NCBI GenBank assembly: GCA_008632985.1
Contig: QPGO01000082.1
Location: 248,001 to 312,000, forward strand
Source: Psammoneis japonica
Taxonomy: Eukaryota
Length of the DNA: 64,000 nt
Reading direction: 5' to 3'
The notes beneath the pieces are model-generated. The model saw nothing but the letters and a program-made list of their open reading frames with translations. It did not search any database and was not told the DNA's origin. The position numbers were made by a program, and so were the translations under genes. Below, in pieces: positions 39,251 through 51,981 of the stretch. Within the stretch, counting starts at the first letter, position 1, and each line of letters opens with the position of its first letter.

Positions 39251-41688
39251 TCAACGAGATCTTGATGGAGATTCTGAGCGATCTCTCCTTGATCGTTTGC
39301 GCCTGTCGCCGTTCCTATTGTTTCTTCTGTCGTTGGAGCGACTCGTGGATCTGCGACGGTCTCTGCGTTCGTCAAGCTGCTCATAGGAAGGCGAACGATC
39401 TGGCGTCCTACAGGAGATCGACTGGGGGACCGACTCCTTCGCACGCGCGAGTGACCTCTGCGAGCAGGGGACCTGCTTCTTGACGATGAATAAGAGCGAG
39501 ACCTCTTGCGCTTTCGGCGAACCGGGGAACGAGACCGGCTGCTGTCCGATGAATACGACGAGCGACTGCTCGAAGAAGAATAAGATGACCTTGAAGAATA
39601 GGACGATGAAGAGTACGAACGGGACCGATGACGGCGACTGCGACTCCCACGTCTCGAATAGATGAGGAAGAAGAAGTTGACGATGAGTAAGAGGAGGAGC
39701 TGCTTGTATAGCTCGATGTAGACAGCGAGCTACTGCTGACAGAGCTACTGGAACTGGTGACGAGACGGAGGAGTCATCGTCGGCTTCTTTTGCTGGCTTG
39801 TGCCATGATCATTTTGGGAGCATTCTTCAAGAACTCGCGCAGGCCATCAGTTAAAGGTCCCAGTCCAATGGAGTAAAAAGTTAATTGCATACCGCGTGTT
39901 GCGCACATTGTCTCTCGGAACATTCCCTTGTACCATTCGGCAAGGTCCGGTCTTGTGTTTCGAACGAGTCTTGAGTTTTGCTATTCCCATGGCTCCGCCA
40001 TTTCTTGAATCAAAATCTTAACAAAGATACGTGAAGATGAGGTTGTTTCATCTTCGTTGAGATGAATAATTGCAAGACAGCTCCATGGAATGGAGTCTGT
40101 ATGAAGCAAATGGGCAAATACTTGGCCACATTGCGCAACTTGTTGGTTTCCAATCTATGAATGGTATTGTACTGCTCGGCGAAGGACGCCAAGAATGCCT
40201 CTGTCCATCGGTCTTCCAGGAGACAGAATCTTGCGGATATTAGCCCATAATACCGCAAAAAGGTTCGCTCTTGTGAACAGCACTCAATAATCATGTTGAT
40301 CAATTCCTCTTCACGTCCAGGAGGAATGCTGACCTTCGAGAGCTTGTGAACGCATTCCTCAAACGTCGCACTTGACATAATGGTCAAGTAAATGTTACGA
40401 CGTAAATGTACAAGGTCGCCTCGGACAAATCCTGAATTGCAACTCTATCTCCAGAAGCTGCAGGCACAATGGCGGTTTCTTGTTCCTTAGGCTCTTCCTC
40501 CAGGACTTCGGATTCATCATCCGAGCTCTCTCCTCCACTATCGGTCTCGCTGTCACCACTGTCGCTGTCGTCGTCACCAAGACCAAGGATTTCGGCGCGA
40601 ATCTTGCTCCACTCCAGCTCGTTCTCCTCGTAATCGGGATCAACGTGGAATACATCAAGCTTTTCTTCCTTGTTATCTCCTCGTCATCGAGACTAAGCTC
40701 AAAGGTAATCTGGTCATCTCGCTCCACCAAATCCAACTCCTCAATGATTGGAGGGTATCACGAAAGCCAGTCTTTCTCATGGCCAAGAGCTGCTCCATTT
40801 TGTATTCGACTCTTGCATTCATACTCCTTCATGGAGCAAGGCACGAAGACGCTCCAGAACGGCTCTCACTCCAGCGGGACTTACTTCCAACAGAGCCTGT
40901 CCCACAGTGGTTAGGAATTCAACAGCCACCTCGACCGAGTCGTTGGTAGGATCACCGTCTAGTAGCACAGTCAGGATTTGCAACACTAGCAATTCGTGCA
41001 CTACGGCTTGATGGAACAAGTGTCCAAGAAAGATGCAGACAGCCAAACACAGGGACTTTTCACGTCGGCGGTAATGCCTCCGAAACAAGAGAATGGCACG
41101 CTTGACAACCAACTCTCCCACTTCTGGCAACTTTGTATTCACGACCGCCACCAGCGCAGCATACACATTGGCGTATTGGGTAGATGTTACGGCTGCTTGT
41201 AGCAAGGACCGAGCCAAGACTCCGCGGAGACGAATCAAATTGACCTTTTGAAAGAGCTCGTGAATCAGAGGTTTAATGGTGGTGGAGTTCAAACGATTCA
41301 CTGTCCCATGTACTATACGTTTCTGCTCTTGCCATGTTTCACGTTGAATCTCAGACGAATTCTTATCGTCTTGAGCAGCTTGCTGCTTTTCCATCTGCAT
41401 CTGACGGCGTTTTGCCGGTGGTATGTAGACACCACCTCCCAACGTTGCAGCGGCAGGTGCACGACGAGCCGGTGGCTTGGAGGGTTCTACACTGTACCCA
41501 CGAGGTGAGGGTTCTGCTCTATCTCCATTTGAACGTTCTGTTACCTCAACTTGCGGTCTTTCGTCGTCGTCTTCGTCAATAGCGCCCTCTTCCTCCTCGT
41601 CTTCAGCTCCCGGACCGTCCGCATGAGGTATCCGATCGAGTCCTGGTTGCTCCTCTTCTGGAGCTCTCATGGGTGGCATAACGTCCAT
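39251..41688 (-). CDS. CWC22: Pre-mRNA splicing factor CWC22 (MIF4G + MA3, RS-rich tail); several apparent frameshifts
   Basis: GGVYIPP, NLIRLRGVLARS, YAALVAVVNTKLPEVGEL, PTNDSVEVAV, MSSATFEECVHKL, IECCSQERT, IHRLETNKLRNVAK; tail ends ...SESPSRSR*. Confidence 0.92.
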
Positions 41689-41959
41689 TTTGGACTAATA
41701 ATCGCAACAAATAGGATAGCGGTGTAATAAGATATTGAAAAGCAAACGATAAGGCTTGCACAGCACAGACTCAAGGACGGGCTTTTTTTCGCTGTTGGTT
41801 ATGTGTGGTGTGTTGTGCGCTGCCGCGTGCACGCTGACCGTCACGCGTCGTCCACTCCCAGTGCGCCAACTGGGAGGTCCGCGTCGCCTGGCGGACGTTT
41901 CGTGTGGACGTTTATTTTGCGTTTTCTTCTTGCGCTGTGGCCAGTTGCCCACAAAATGA

Positions 41960-44900
41960 ACACCCGCCGTTTTGGCCGGAGCGAGGACTGTTGAATCCAT
42001 CTCAGCAGGTCAGCACCTTGATGACGTGCGACAGTGATCCACAGCACTGGGTCCAGCTGGAGGGCACATCTCCTGCACAGCATGTGCAACAGGAGACGAG
42101 GCAGCAGGAGAGCTGTGATGCTGTGGAGGCAGTGGCCAGCAGGAACATGGTCAAACAAATGTCTGCAGCATGCACACACACCAGCCTGCACTGTGTGTGA
42201 AAAAAATCAGCCCAGTCAACAAGCTGATGCAAGCCAGGGGGCTTGAGCATCATTCCTGTGGCTCAACTGTGGTGGTCTCCAATCTGCGCACGTTCATCGG
42301 CCGGTGCAAGAACAAAGTTTGTCCAAGACAGAAACTCAGCTCCAGTTGCCTGCAAAGAGCTGCTGCAAGGCAGCACTTTCTCTGGCCTGGAGGATGGACT
42401 CAAGCACAATTTGGGGGGTGGGGGTGGCCAGTGGCTTGGGCTGACCAGATGCACTTTTTTCACACAGCTCAGCCAGGCTCTTTGTTGGGCACTCTCTTGA
42501 GGAGTGAGCAGAAGTTGTTGGAACACCGGGGTGCACTGTGGTTTTCTGAGCACAGACAAACAATGTTGCAGTGAAAGATCACTGATGACCATTGATGATG
42601 TCATGAGTTTGCATCATTTGTGAATTCACCATGAAGGTGGGTTTCATGCTCACTTTTTGGCTTGTGCACCAGGGCAGCACGGCAGCAGTCAGCACAGACA
42701 AGCAGTGCTTGCAATCCATGCGGCAAGTTCAGGGGTCAGCAAGACCAACACAGACCAGTTGGCAAGCTGTGAAATCCCAGCTCAGAAGCCAAAAGGGCTG
42801 GCTGGGAAGTCATCAAAAATCCAGAGGCACAGCTCATGTCAGTGGATTGTGGCAAACAAGCTGGCTGGATGAAGCAAGCACCAAAGAAACAGTGTCTGGA
42901 GGACCTTGCTGTGCTGAAAATGGGTGCAGCAAAGTTGTGTAAGACCAGGATAAACATTGACATGGGCAAGGACACAACTGAGTGCAGAAGCATGAAAGAT
43001 TTGAAAGAGTGGTGGGTGTGTGATGCCATTGCTGAATTGGGTCACAACAGGTGGATGGATGTGCAGAGACCTTGAGGAAAACAAGTGAGCATGTCAGAAG
43101 ATTGTTCAGGCTGGAGATGCAGGTGCTGGCATCTCTGAGGCAGAAAAACAATCCACAGGAGCTGGAATGCCCAATGCCCATCAGGTGCAACAGCATCAAA
43201 GAAGGACAAGGCAATCTGGGGGAAACAATGTGATCACTGTGTGAGGCAGGGTGTGACATGCAAGATCAAAAAAGGCAAAGAGGCATTCAACACAATTGTG
43301 GGACAGTGCACAAAAGCCATCCGTCACAAGGTTGAAGGAGTGATGGAGTTTGTGAGGGTCACAAAGGAGTGGGATGTGGTGGTGCCATTGGAAGTTCACA
43401 AGTTGATCTTGTTCAATGCAAATGAGAAATCTGCTCACTTGTTCAGGCTGTCAAGGCTTGGAAACAGCTGGCATCATTTTGTCAGGATGAAGGAGAGCTG
43501 CTCTAAAATCATTGCAGTTGGTTCATGAGTGTTGCTGAGATGGTGAAGGGTCCTGTGCAGAGTCACACTGGAAGAAATTGCCAAGAAAGAAGATGGGGGT
43601 TGAGAGCAAGGATGCTGATGGCACCCGGATAAAAGAGAGGATCAAGTTGTCAAGAACAGCACTGTTCATGGAAGGCAAAAAATGTCAGTGCTTTGCTTTT
43701 GAAGGACTTGCACCAGCAGTTTCCACTGAGGGTTGACAATTGCCCCCCCCCATTGAGCCAGGGATGCACTGCAGGTGTTGAACACATGTGGGGCCAACAA
43801 GGGACTTGAGGAAACGCCAACTTGCAAACACAGAAGAAGCAGTCAATGTGGATGCAGCAAGGGGGGGGCATGTGAGAAGATGTTTTCTCATGGTTTGTCG
43901 GTGGAGTCAGATGCTGAAGTGAGCCACAGGTCTCATGAAGCAGCTGCCATGTTGTTGGGTGCATGATCAGTGTGCATAAGGTCAGTCATTGACGGCTCTA
44001 TGCAAAGGAGTGTTGAAACATCAGGGCATTGTGCAGATTTTCCAGAGGACAGACAGACAATGTTGCAGTGAAAGATCTGATGACTGTTGGTGATGTTGTG
44101 AATTTGCATTTGCAAATTCACTGTGAAGACAGGTTCAATGCTCATTTTTAGCTTCTGCACCAGAAGACACAGCAATCAGTGCAGAGCAGTGTGTGCAATC
44201 CATGCGGCAAGTTTGGGGTTGGCAAGACTGACACAGATCAGTTGGCAAGCCGTGAAATCCAGCAGAAGTCCTCATCTGGAGAGGATGGCTCTTGCCATCA
44301 AAGCACCATGGAAGGCATTGCCAACAGGGCATAAAAACAGCAACTGGTGCAAAATGTGCTTCTTGAGGATGGTGTCAAGCTGTTTGATTTGCTCACAAAA
44401 CAGCTTGCCCTCTTGATGCAAGGCAGAACATGGGTGTGCTTCATGAGCATCATGGGTGAGCCAGCACACCATCACACAGCAGCAAATCAACCACAGCAAT
44501 GTTTGGATCATCTGGGCACCGCTTCATGTCAGCACATGGGCTGGACAGGAGGTGAAATTTGCATGGCAGAGCTGCCCCAAACTCTGTGGGACTTAAATGG
44601 GGTCCAGTGTGTTGGTCCAGGGAAAACAGATGCAAGGTGCCTTTGCTGCAGCCAGCACAAGCAAGCCACAAAGGAAGATCAAAAACAGGTTGGGCTGATG
44701 CCCAAAATAGCCAACTTGTCATGCCAAAAAGCAAAAAAGGTGACAGACGTTGAAGCTGCTTTTGGCCCACCACACAATGTGTGCAAAAGAGTTTGCAAAA
44801 AAGCAACAAAAGTTGTGCCAACAATGGCTTGGGTGCTGTTGGCATGTTTTTCCATGCCATCAAAGTTGTGATGTTGCACTCTGACATCCATCAGGTTTGG

Positions 44901-45470
44901 GGGCGGCGGGGTGCTGTGCTGGCACAGGGAAATGATGCGCGCTCACTTTGGTGAAAAAGACCAAGCCATTTTGAGCCAGCCAGAAAAGCAAGTGTGTGAA
45001 TTGGTCAAAAGCTGCCTCTTGCACAACCCAAGCAGGAGCACTTTGCAGCCAACGTCACTGTTGCAAGAAACCACAAACCAGCACACACCACCCACCCTGC
45101 ACCCAAAGGGCCAGTCTTGAGAGAGATGCTGCTGGCCTGTCTGAGTGCTTGTCTACTGTACAGTTGCCCAGCTGCTTTCAACTGCTCTCTTGCAAGCTGC
45201 GGCCACCAGCAATCTCCCCAATGTGAAGCCATCCAAATGGCGACCTGAGAGATGATGATAAAAAAAAAACAGAGCACCAGTGACACTCTTGTGCTTCTAA
45301 CCCTCACCAAACACACCAGGATGGCTGATTTTGAGGTTTTGAAAAAGTCACACCAAGGCTCTTGAAAGGAGGGCCTCGGAGCAAAAAGAAGAAAAACATT
45401 CTCGCGCCGTTGTTCGGAGTTGTTCAAGTCAAGAAGATCTTGATGGGAGCTGATGATGACAACAAATTAC
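41960..45470. mobile_element. TpA/CpG-depleted block containing a short Copia-like LTR relic
   Basis: Compositional switch; internal direct repeats and gag fragment. Confidence 0.7.
42516..44268 (+). mobile_element. Internally deleted Copia-like relic: LTR-like repeats ~42516-42788 and ~44011-44268 around gag remnants
   Basis: Shared acaatgttgcagtgaaagatc, gcaatccatgcggcaagtt and cagttggcaagc; aaaggag purine tract before the second copy; KEAFNTIVGQCTKAIRHKVE and LLKDLHQQF..VDNCP gag-like fragments. Confidence 0.7.
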
Positions 45471-45807
45471 TGAGGCACGTTTTGTATAAATTGAGTCTGC
45501 CTGTCCAATGTTGAGGTTTAGTCCACGAACAAATCATTCACGCCATTTCCTCAGAGATGAAATCAGACAAGACGGATGAAGGATGACGCACCCATGACAG
45601 ATGATGGCCCCAATAAGGTGCTGGTGGGCGGGCGGGCCGGCGGGATGGATGGAGCGACGTGAAATCCTGCATGAACAAAAACTGCACGAGCAAAAAGATC
45701 CAACACGTTATGTTGGTCTCAAGTTTTAAAAGTTGCGTCCATCTGTCTCACAAATTATCGATCACGCAGATCCGACAGTAAAGAAATTGACAAAGTGTAA
45801 GCAAAAC

Positions 45808-46247
45808 ATGTCCGCTGTAACCACAGAACCGAAATCCAAGGAATACTTTCTCGCCTTTTCCAAGGGATTTGAGAACGTTGACCAAGACTGGGAAGGAATG
45901 AGAGCCGTCTTTGCAGAAGACGCTCACATCAAGTACGGCTTTGCAGGATTCCCGATTAACGAAGGCAACGAAGAAGCCGTACATGCTGGATTCAAGGCTG
46001 CTTTGAGCAAGTTCCGAGTAAAGTTCACGTATGTTGCGGGATCCGACACGGACTGCATCTGCTCTGCAGTCGCGTGTTTGAAACAACTAAGGGGGAGAGT
46101 GCTGTCTACACAACGAATGGCTACCTCGAGTTCAACAGCGATGGAAAAGTTACCAAGAAGGTCATGTACTCCACCGACAGTGAAAAGTTGGCGAAAATCA
46201 TCGTAAACGCCATTGCTGGCGACGAGGAAAAGAAAGACGAAGAGTGA
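45808..46247 (+). CDS. Small SnoaL/NTF2-like protein; frameshift near 46075
   Basis: DWEGMRAVFAEDAHI at the N-terminus and, in the shifted frame, GYLEFNSDGKVTK, typical of SnoaL-fold ends. Confidence 0.6.
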
Positions 46248-46303
46248 TCTCAATCCACGCCGCGTTAGGTGTTATGAATAAAATTTTGATCACTAAACTT
46301 TTG

Positions 46304-48820
46304 TTACAACATATCCAGTAATTCTCTTGAGTCTCGTTGACACTCCTCTGGAAACTTTTCTGCGGCCGTCTTCACAAGTTCCGTCACGTTTGCAGCTTGC
46401 AAAATCCCCACGCTGAAGTCAACGACAAGCGCTAAAAGCACCTTGCATCCTTCCCTTTGAACGGGCATATTATCAACATGTATGACCATTGCCATTACAA
46501 TGGCATCGAGACAATCCTCCTCCAGCACCTTGACCTTGTACTCATAGTCGTCCATTGCGAGATTTGCCAATACACCAAGTGCTCGTTCCTGCACAGTCGC
46601 TTCATCGGCGTAGGCTTGCATCGCATTCATCAAGGCAGAGATTCCGCCAACTTCCACCAGGAAATCTCGGTTCGGTACATCTTCCGTCAGCTTACACAAT
46701 GCGCTGCAGCACCATTCCTGTACTCCCAGTACATCGGAATGAACCCACATGGCGCGTACACACACATCAATCCCGCCACCATCACCAATGATAGCTTGGT
46801 TTTCCGCATTATCAGCGAAAACTGACAATGCCCAAGCACCAGCTTCTTGAACACCAGGTTCATCGCGGTGGACCTGCATGGCTGTAATGGCGGCATCAAT
46901 TCCTCCTACATCAGGCAACGCAATAGTATTGATGCAACAGTTCATACAGAGATTGCGTAGCGCATGAAGCGCGTCCTCCTGGAGCTTTACATCGTTGGGA
47001 TGCAAAATCATGGAAATGGCCGCAGATCCGGCAGCACCGGCTTCCATAAGCGTCGGTTTAGGGGCACTGTCGTGGTAGGCCAAATTACGAATCACAACAC
47101 AGCCTTGCGCTTGAACGGCAGCATCTTCAGAATGCTTATTCATGGTCTCTACCACCTTCTTCACTGTATCGCTTTCCATAATATCATTGAGGTTCTCCTC
47201 AGCCAAACAAAGATTACTAATCATTGCGAGAGCACTCTCTTGCAGCTCCGAGTCGCTGTCAAACCCAAGCATGGCCGTGAGGACAGCGTCAAGAGCGCCG
47301 GCTTTCATGAGACCAATCTGATTCTTGGTTGTCGTGCTCAAGTTCCACATGGCACGACATCCATGAATCTGAACATCCACTTCATGTGGGTGTGACCGCA
47401 GCCCCATAACGCACGCGTCCATTGCACCCAAGGACAGCAGCTCTTCCAATTCAACCTCGCCAAGCTCCATCATTGACAGCCCTTTCATTGCTTCTTGCTG
47501 TATAAAGTTCGAAGCTGGATGTTTCTTCATCAGCGATACAATCAATTTGTAATCATCTCGGGCGTTATGAATTCGTTCAAGAGCTCGGTCTTCTGCTTCT
47601 TCCACGACGGTGTTTCTGCTGTGAGCCCCCGAGCTTCTTCGTCGGCTGTGACTTGAACTGTCATCAAACGATACATTTCCGACACCACGCACAACACTAG
47701 ACATTCCGTGAGCGCTTCCATTGCTGAGAATTTCATTGTCATCATGCAACGCATCCGGATAATGCGCTCTACGAGAATGTCTGCTTGAATTTTGTCTGCT
47801 ACCGTTCACCACAGATTCTTCTGCAGAACACGAGCTAAGAGTGCCAACGCTCTCGTCTCGTCGCGGGTTTCTACTCATTCGAAGCCTTGAAAACGACACA
47901 GCGCCACCTCTATTCAACACGCCGTGGACGGGTCGTCTAACATATTCTTCCTCTTCTTGTTGCCGAGAGGTGTCCGGAGATACCCTCTGTGCAGGCGCTG
48001 CCTTCGGCCTTCCGGCGTCCGTACCACCGTCATTATCGTGTCTTTTAGTAACAGACTCCATCGAGCTAACGACTGACGCAACTGCAGCCTGGTATTCTGG
48101 ATCGATCTCGGCATAATTGATCGGCCTTGGATCGGGCGACGGAGACAGCGGTGCATGACTTTGTTCTTCCGAGGGTAATGCTCTGTCGGAAGCGTATTCT
48201 TGTGGAACAGAAGTTGCGCTCCGGGCACCGTAACTTTCAACGCTACGACCACTTTCTCGATCATAGTATTGGGCATTGTTGCTGTTGGTAGTTCCAACGT
48301 CACTTGAATACCGACGAAACGAAGTGATATCATTACTAATTGCAGACATGGACACGACACGCTTGGTACCGCCTGGAGAGACCATCTGTCTTGAACTCGT
48401 AGGCGAACCGTACTGCGCTGGACCAGACACAGCGGCTGATAATGTAGTAGGATGCACCCCAGATACACCCATGGATCGACGCCTATTGACCAGGCTTGCG
48501 CTGCTACGCTGCGAGGGACCTACACCTGGTCCTGCAAGCCGGGATTGGCTTAGACTGAATCTCATGATATCCTGCTGCGTTGTCCGGCGTGAAGGTGGAC
48601 TGACTACATTTCCAGCGTTTGGGTCCAATGGCTTGCATTCCAGACAGCGTCCGTTCAGAACCATTCCTGGGTCCGTGATTGGTACCATCTTGAAGAGCTT
48701 CTTCATGAAGCACTTGCGACCACATGTTAGACACTCCCCTCGCTTTCTTCTCTGGTCCTCCAGCTCGGCTCTTGTCAGAACAGACCCGGTAGCAGCAAAA
48801 TCAACCCCAACTTGCTCCAT
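46304..48820 (-). CDS. Armadillo-repeat protein with N-terminal Cys-rich domain
   Basis: Intact 838-aa ORF; GECLTCGRKC...GRCLEC then multiple AMxxH..VQExG ARM repeats. Confidence 0.9.
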   Translation of the reverse strand: MEQVGVDFAATGSVLTRAELEDQRRKRGECLTCGRKCFMKKLFKMVPITDPGMVLNGRCLECKPLDPNAGNVVSPPSRRTTQQDIMRFSLSQSRLAGPGVGPSQRSSASLVNRRRSMGVSGVHPTTLSAAVSGPAQYGSPTSSRQMVSPGGTKRVVSMSAISNDITSFRRYSSDVGTTNSNNAQYYDRESGRSVESYGARSATSVPQEYASDRALPSEEQSHAPLSPSPDPRPINYAEIDPEYQAAVASVVSSMESVTKRHDNDGGTDAGRPKAAPAQRVSPDTSRQQEEEEYVRRPVHGVLNRGGAVSFSRLRMSRNPRRDESVGTLSSCSAEESVVNGSRQNSSRHSRRAHYPDALHDDNEILSNGSAHGMSSVVRGVGNVSFDDSSSHSRRRSSGAHSRNTVVEEAEDRALERIHNARDDYKLIVSLMKKHPASNFIQQEAMKGLSMMELGEVELEELLSLGAMDACVMGLRSHPHEVDVQIHGCRAMWNLSTTTKNQIGLMKAGALDAVLTAMLGFDSDSELQESALAMISNLCLAEENLNDIMESDTVKKVVETMNKHSEDAAVQAQGCVVIRNLAYHDSAPKPTLMEAGAAGSAAISMILHPNDVKLQEDALHALRNLCMNCCINTIALPDVGGIDAAITAMQVHRDEPGVQEAGAWALSVFADNAENQAIIGDGGGIDVCVRAMWVHSDVLGVQEWCCSALCKLTEDVPNRDFLVEVGGISALMNAMQAYADEATVQERALGVLANLAMDDYEYKVKVLEEDCLDAIVMAMVIHVDNMPVQREGCKVLLALVVDFSVGILQAANVTELVKTAAEKFPEECQRDSRELLDML

Positions 48821-49499
48821 ATTTACTCAGTTTGCTGATATAAGTGGTCGAAACTTGGGAGCCTAACAGATTCAACGGCTTACTTCTAAATGATCAAGAT
48901 CGAATATTCTCACGGGAAGATACAGCCCGGCGGAATTTCGCAACGCGGTTTCTTTGTCGGATCGGATTTCGACGAGATATCCCGAAAACAGCTCTACAAG
49001 AAGTTTGCAATGGAGATCCTTTTTCTCTCTCTCTAGGCTAGACGCACTGGACTTTAACTGGTTGATTCATTCGACGCACCACCATTGGCAGCTCCAGGTG
49101 AAGGAGCTGAGCATGTTGTGTGTAGTAAGTGTGTGCAGACTCCCCCACATGTGAAAAAGACCAACCGCATGTCTCAAGTACCGCTTTCACACGTTCAGGC
49201 CCAGTATGTCAGCCGTTTTGTCTATTCAATCTTATTCAGACTCTAATGTTTTGATAAAATGACTCAGAAAATGTTCGTAATCGGTCTTGAAGGATTGTAT
49301 TCTTAGGGGTCGCGCGACGTCCGTGCGTGCGTGCGTTGCTCACAGTTGCGTCCGTCCGTCTGTGGTGGCTAACTGTTGGGCTCTTGCTTTTGCATGCTTT
49401 TGCTCGCTCTTTATGGTGCCGCACTCTCTACGGTAAGCTCTACTCTCCTATCTACTAGCTACTGTAGCTACTAGCTAGCTCTCTAGCTAGCAGCTGGCA

Positions 49500-51690
49500 G
49501 AGACTGCTCGCCCCCCCTGCGCGCTGCTCTGTTGATTTGGAGGCAGCTTTCTGCGGGTCGATCATTGATCGAGACCCTCGATCAACGAAATGTCGAGCAC
49601 AGGCGCCTGCTGAGCATCTGCGGTGATCAACGAGACTCGAACCCTTGGTCAATGCGGGAAACCTCACCTCTCCCTCTGAGCTCCACATGATAGATTTCAC
49701 AAAGAACGATGATGACGAGTTGCATTTTCATGCATCGTGTCACCGACTTGTGACTCGTCAGATGTGAATCAAGCCCTCCACATGGCTGACAATGTGGCCG
49801 ATGATGCCGACACCGGAGACCATGATGGCGACATGGCTTCGATTTGCCCCCATCCACCGTCACAAACCATTGAACAGTCATTTGAAGCGACATCAGCAAC
49901 AAGGGATTGGGACAAGGAATTTGGGGAGTTCAACCCGGACTCCTTTGAAAGGGATGCCGCGCGCCATGTGACAAAATGTGGAATCAACGAGTGTGGTGCC
50001 ATTGCTGGGGACGGAGTGACCAATCAGTCTACATGGCCAATTGCACCAGAGCAAGTCGCTCTTTTCAAAGATGCGCTCTTTTTTGCGAATCCATTCACTG
50101 ACGAATTGTTTTTTGTTTCAACAGAAGCCGACGCGTTCCAGCCCTGGGTGGGACTCCATGTGACATTGGGCCCGCAGAATTCCACGTGCGAGCTCCGTAG
50201 TGCAAGAATTTAACCAATGGATGTGTTTGTCTTCAACATCAAATAAACGGCCAAGTTTGTGGTGCAATTGTGCCTCTTGCCACTCGACGTTTTTGCAAAT
50301 GCACCTGCCCTGCGCGATTCTCAAGACATCACAGAATCGCGCTGCAACAAAAAATGTCAAAAGTTTTTGGATGGATCGCTCAATGAGTGCACCGTAAAAT
50401 GACACAAAACATCAAAAAATCACGTAGAATTCTGCGTGCGCGACATGCGACGAGATTCAAAAAACTGTGGATGTCACAGTTCAGCAGTGCGAGGTCCCAC
50501 CTGGACCTGGAACGCGTCAGCCACGAGAGACGAAATGATTCATCGTGGGTTTCGTCAGGTGCAGGCAAACCACGTTGTGGACCCATCTTGCCTGCTGGCT
50601 CCACCCCGGCAAGAACAAGCACAAGATTCAGCAGCACCACTCGGCGACCGGTTGCCTCCATCGACATTGCCAAGAGGTGGTGAGAACAAGAATTTTGCAC
50701 CAAAGCTGTTTTTTAAAACCAAAGAGGAAACGTGCACCACTGCAGCAGTCCATGCATGTGAAGAAAAGGTGGTGGATGAAACAAAAAATCAAGTGCATTC
50801 TCCAATCCGCCTGTGGTCATCTGCCGAATTGAAGAAGCACAATCTCGGCGGGGACTCGAAGCTTGCGCAGCGTCTCAAGGCTCATTGGACAATTGAACAA
50901 CCACTCAGAAAGGCGGCCAGCAGCACACATCTAAAACATCTTTGTGTTCTGCATGAGACTCAGATTGTCCATGTCAAAAAACAACACTGATGATGGCGAA
51001 GCAAATCGACTGGCATTGTTTCAAAACACAAAAACACGACAACACAAAGTGCAGCAAAAGCAGCACTGCTGTTTTTTTGCCAATTGAAACTCACCATTGG
51101 CGCCCTTGACCGCATGGCATTGCTTGTTCTGCAGTGGTGGCCAAGGCTGTCACGGATGTTTTGGGAAAGAACGGCCAAAACTCGAAAATGGGGTCTTGGT
51201 CGTCTTCGCTTGCAAGACGACTCCGCTCGTTTCCCTCGGCAACGCACTTCAACAACTCCGCAAGGCACTTCCAGTGACCAACGTTTCGAACCATGGCAGT
51301 GTGGGCCCCACAACGAGAAGCCCACTGGGCGCCCGAGCGTCGAATGCCATGGGACACGTGTGGCAGTCCCAGTGGGCCACAAATGTGTTCCCTGAGCTGC
51401 TTGTTCCAAGTCTGAGTTGAAACGGTAAAAAATGCTGGAGCCTTTGCCTTTTTCATTTTGTTTTCACCACGACAACGCCATTCCTTGAGCATCCACGTCA
51501 CAGGGTCATGTTTCAAGTTCTTTGGATTATGACAAATGCGGATGTGGTGAGGATTTCCAATGTTCACCTTCAACATTCTCAACGGCAAAGCTAACGATTT
51601 AGTGAGAAGCCGAGCTCGAGCCGAGAAGGCCATTTCCGCCATCAAAACCGTTAATCAACGGGGGTCAATGGCCGATCAATCAAGAAAACT
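49500..51690. mobile_element. TpA-depleted element carrying a tyrosine-recombinase relic (Crypton- or DIRS-like)
   Basis: TA-poor island bounded by TAG-rich tracts; recombinase motifs at 51091-51645. Confidence 0.6.
51091..51645 (-). pseudogene. Tyrosine recombinase C-terminal catalytic domain with the presumed catalytic Tyr replaced by Cys
   Basis: SHGIRRSGAQWA (HxxR), VGHWK and LLKCV at the spacing of the nucleophilic Tyr (TGC codon at 51244-51246). Confidence 0.7.
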
Positions 51691-51981
51691 GACGGACAGA
51701 CTACTCTATCTTAGCTAGAGTAGTAGTTGCTACTCTAGTATGTAGTAGTAGAGAGTAGAAGTACCTTGGGTGGACTCCTCTACCGCACCACTTCGTAGAC
51801 TACATGAGAGAGCCGGAGAATAACATCTACCACACGCCAAAGTTCGCCCCACCTGGTCCAATGCTAGAGTAGAAGACACCTTTGCCATATTCTCATCTGA
51901 AAAAGACGGCACAACTAACCAGCACAGACTGCGTCGTCGACAAGCTCACAAACATTTTTCAGACATTGTCTTCTCAATCAA

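Noticed and set aside
39251..41688. Pseudogenisation or programmed frameshifting of CWC22 and other host genes
   Set aside because: Single-base indels are scattered through many unrelated, otherwise conserved genes, which is best explained by consensus errors; not verified without reads.
9100..45470. Dense Cys/His/Gln-rich ORFs in all six frames within the degenerate blocks
   Set aside because: Removing TA removes TAA and TAG stops on both strands and TG/CA enrichment yields Cys, His and Gln, so these are by-products rather than genes.
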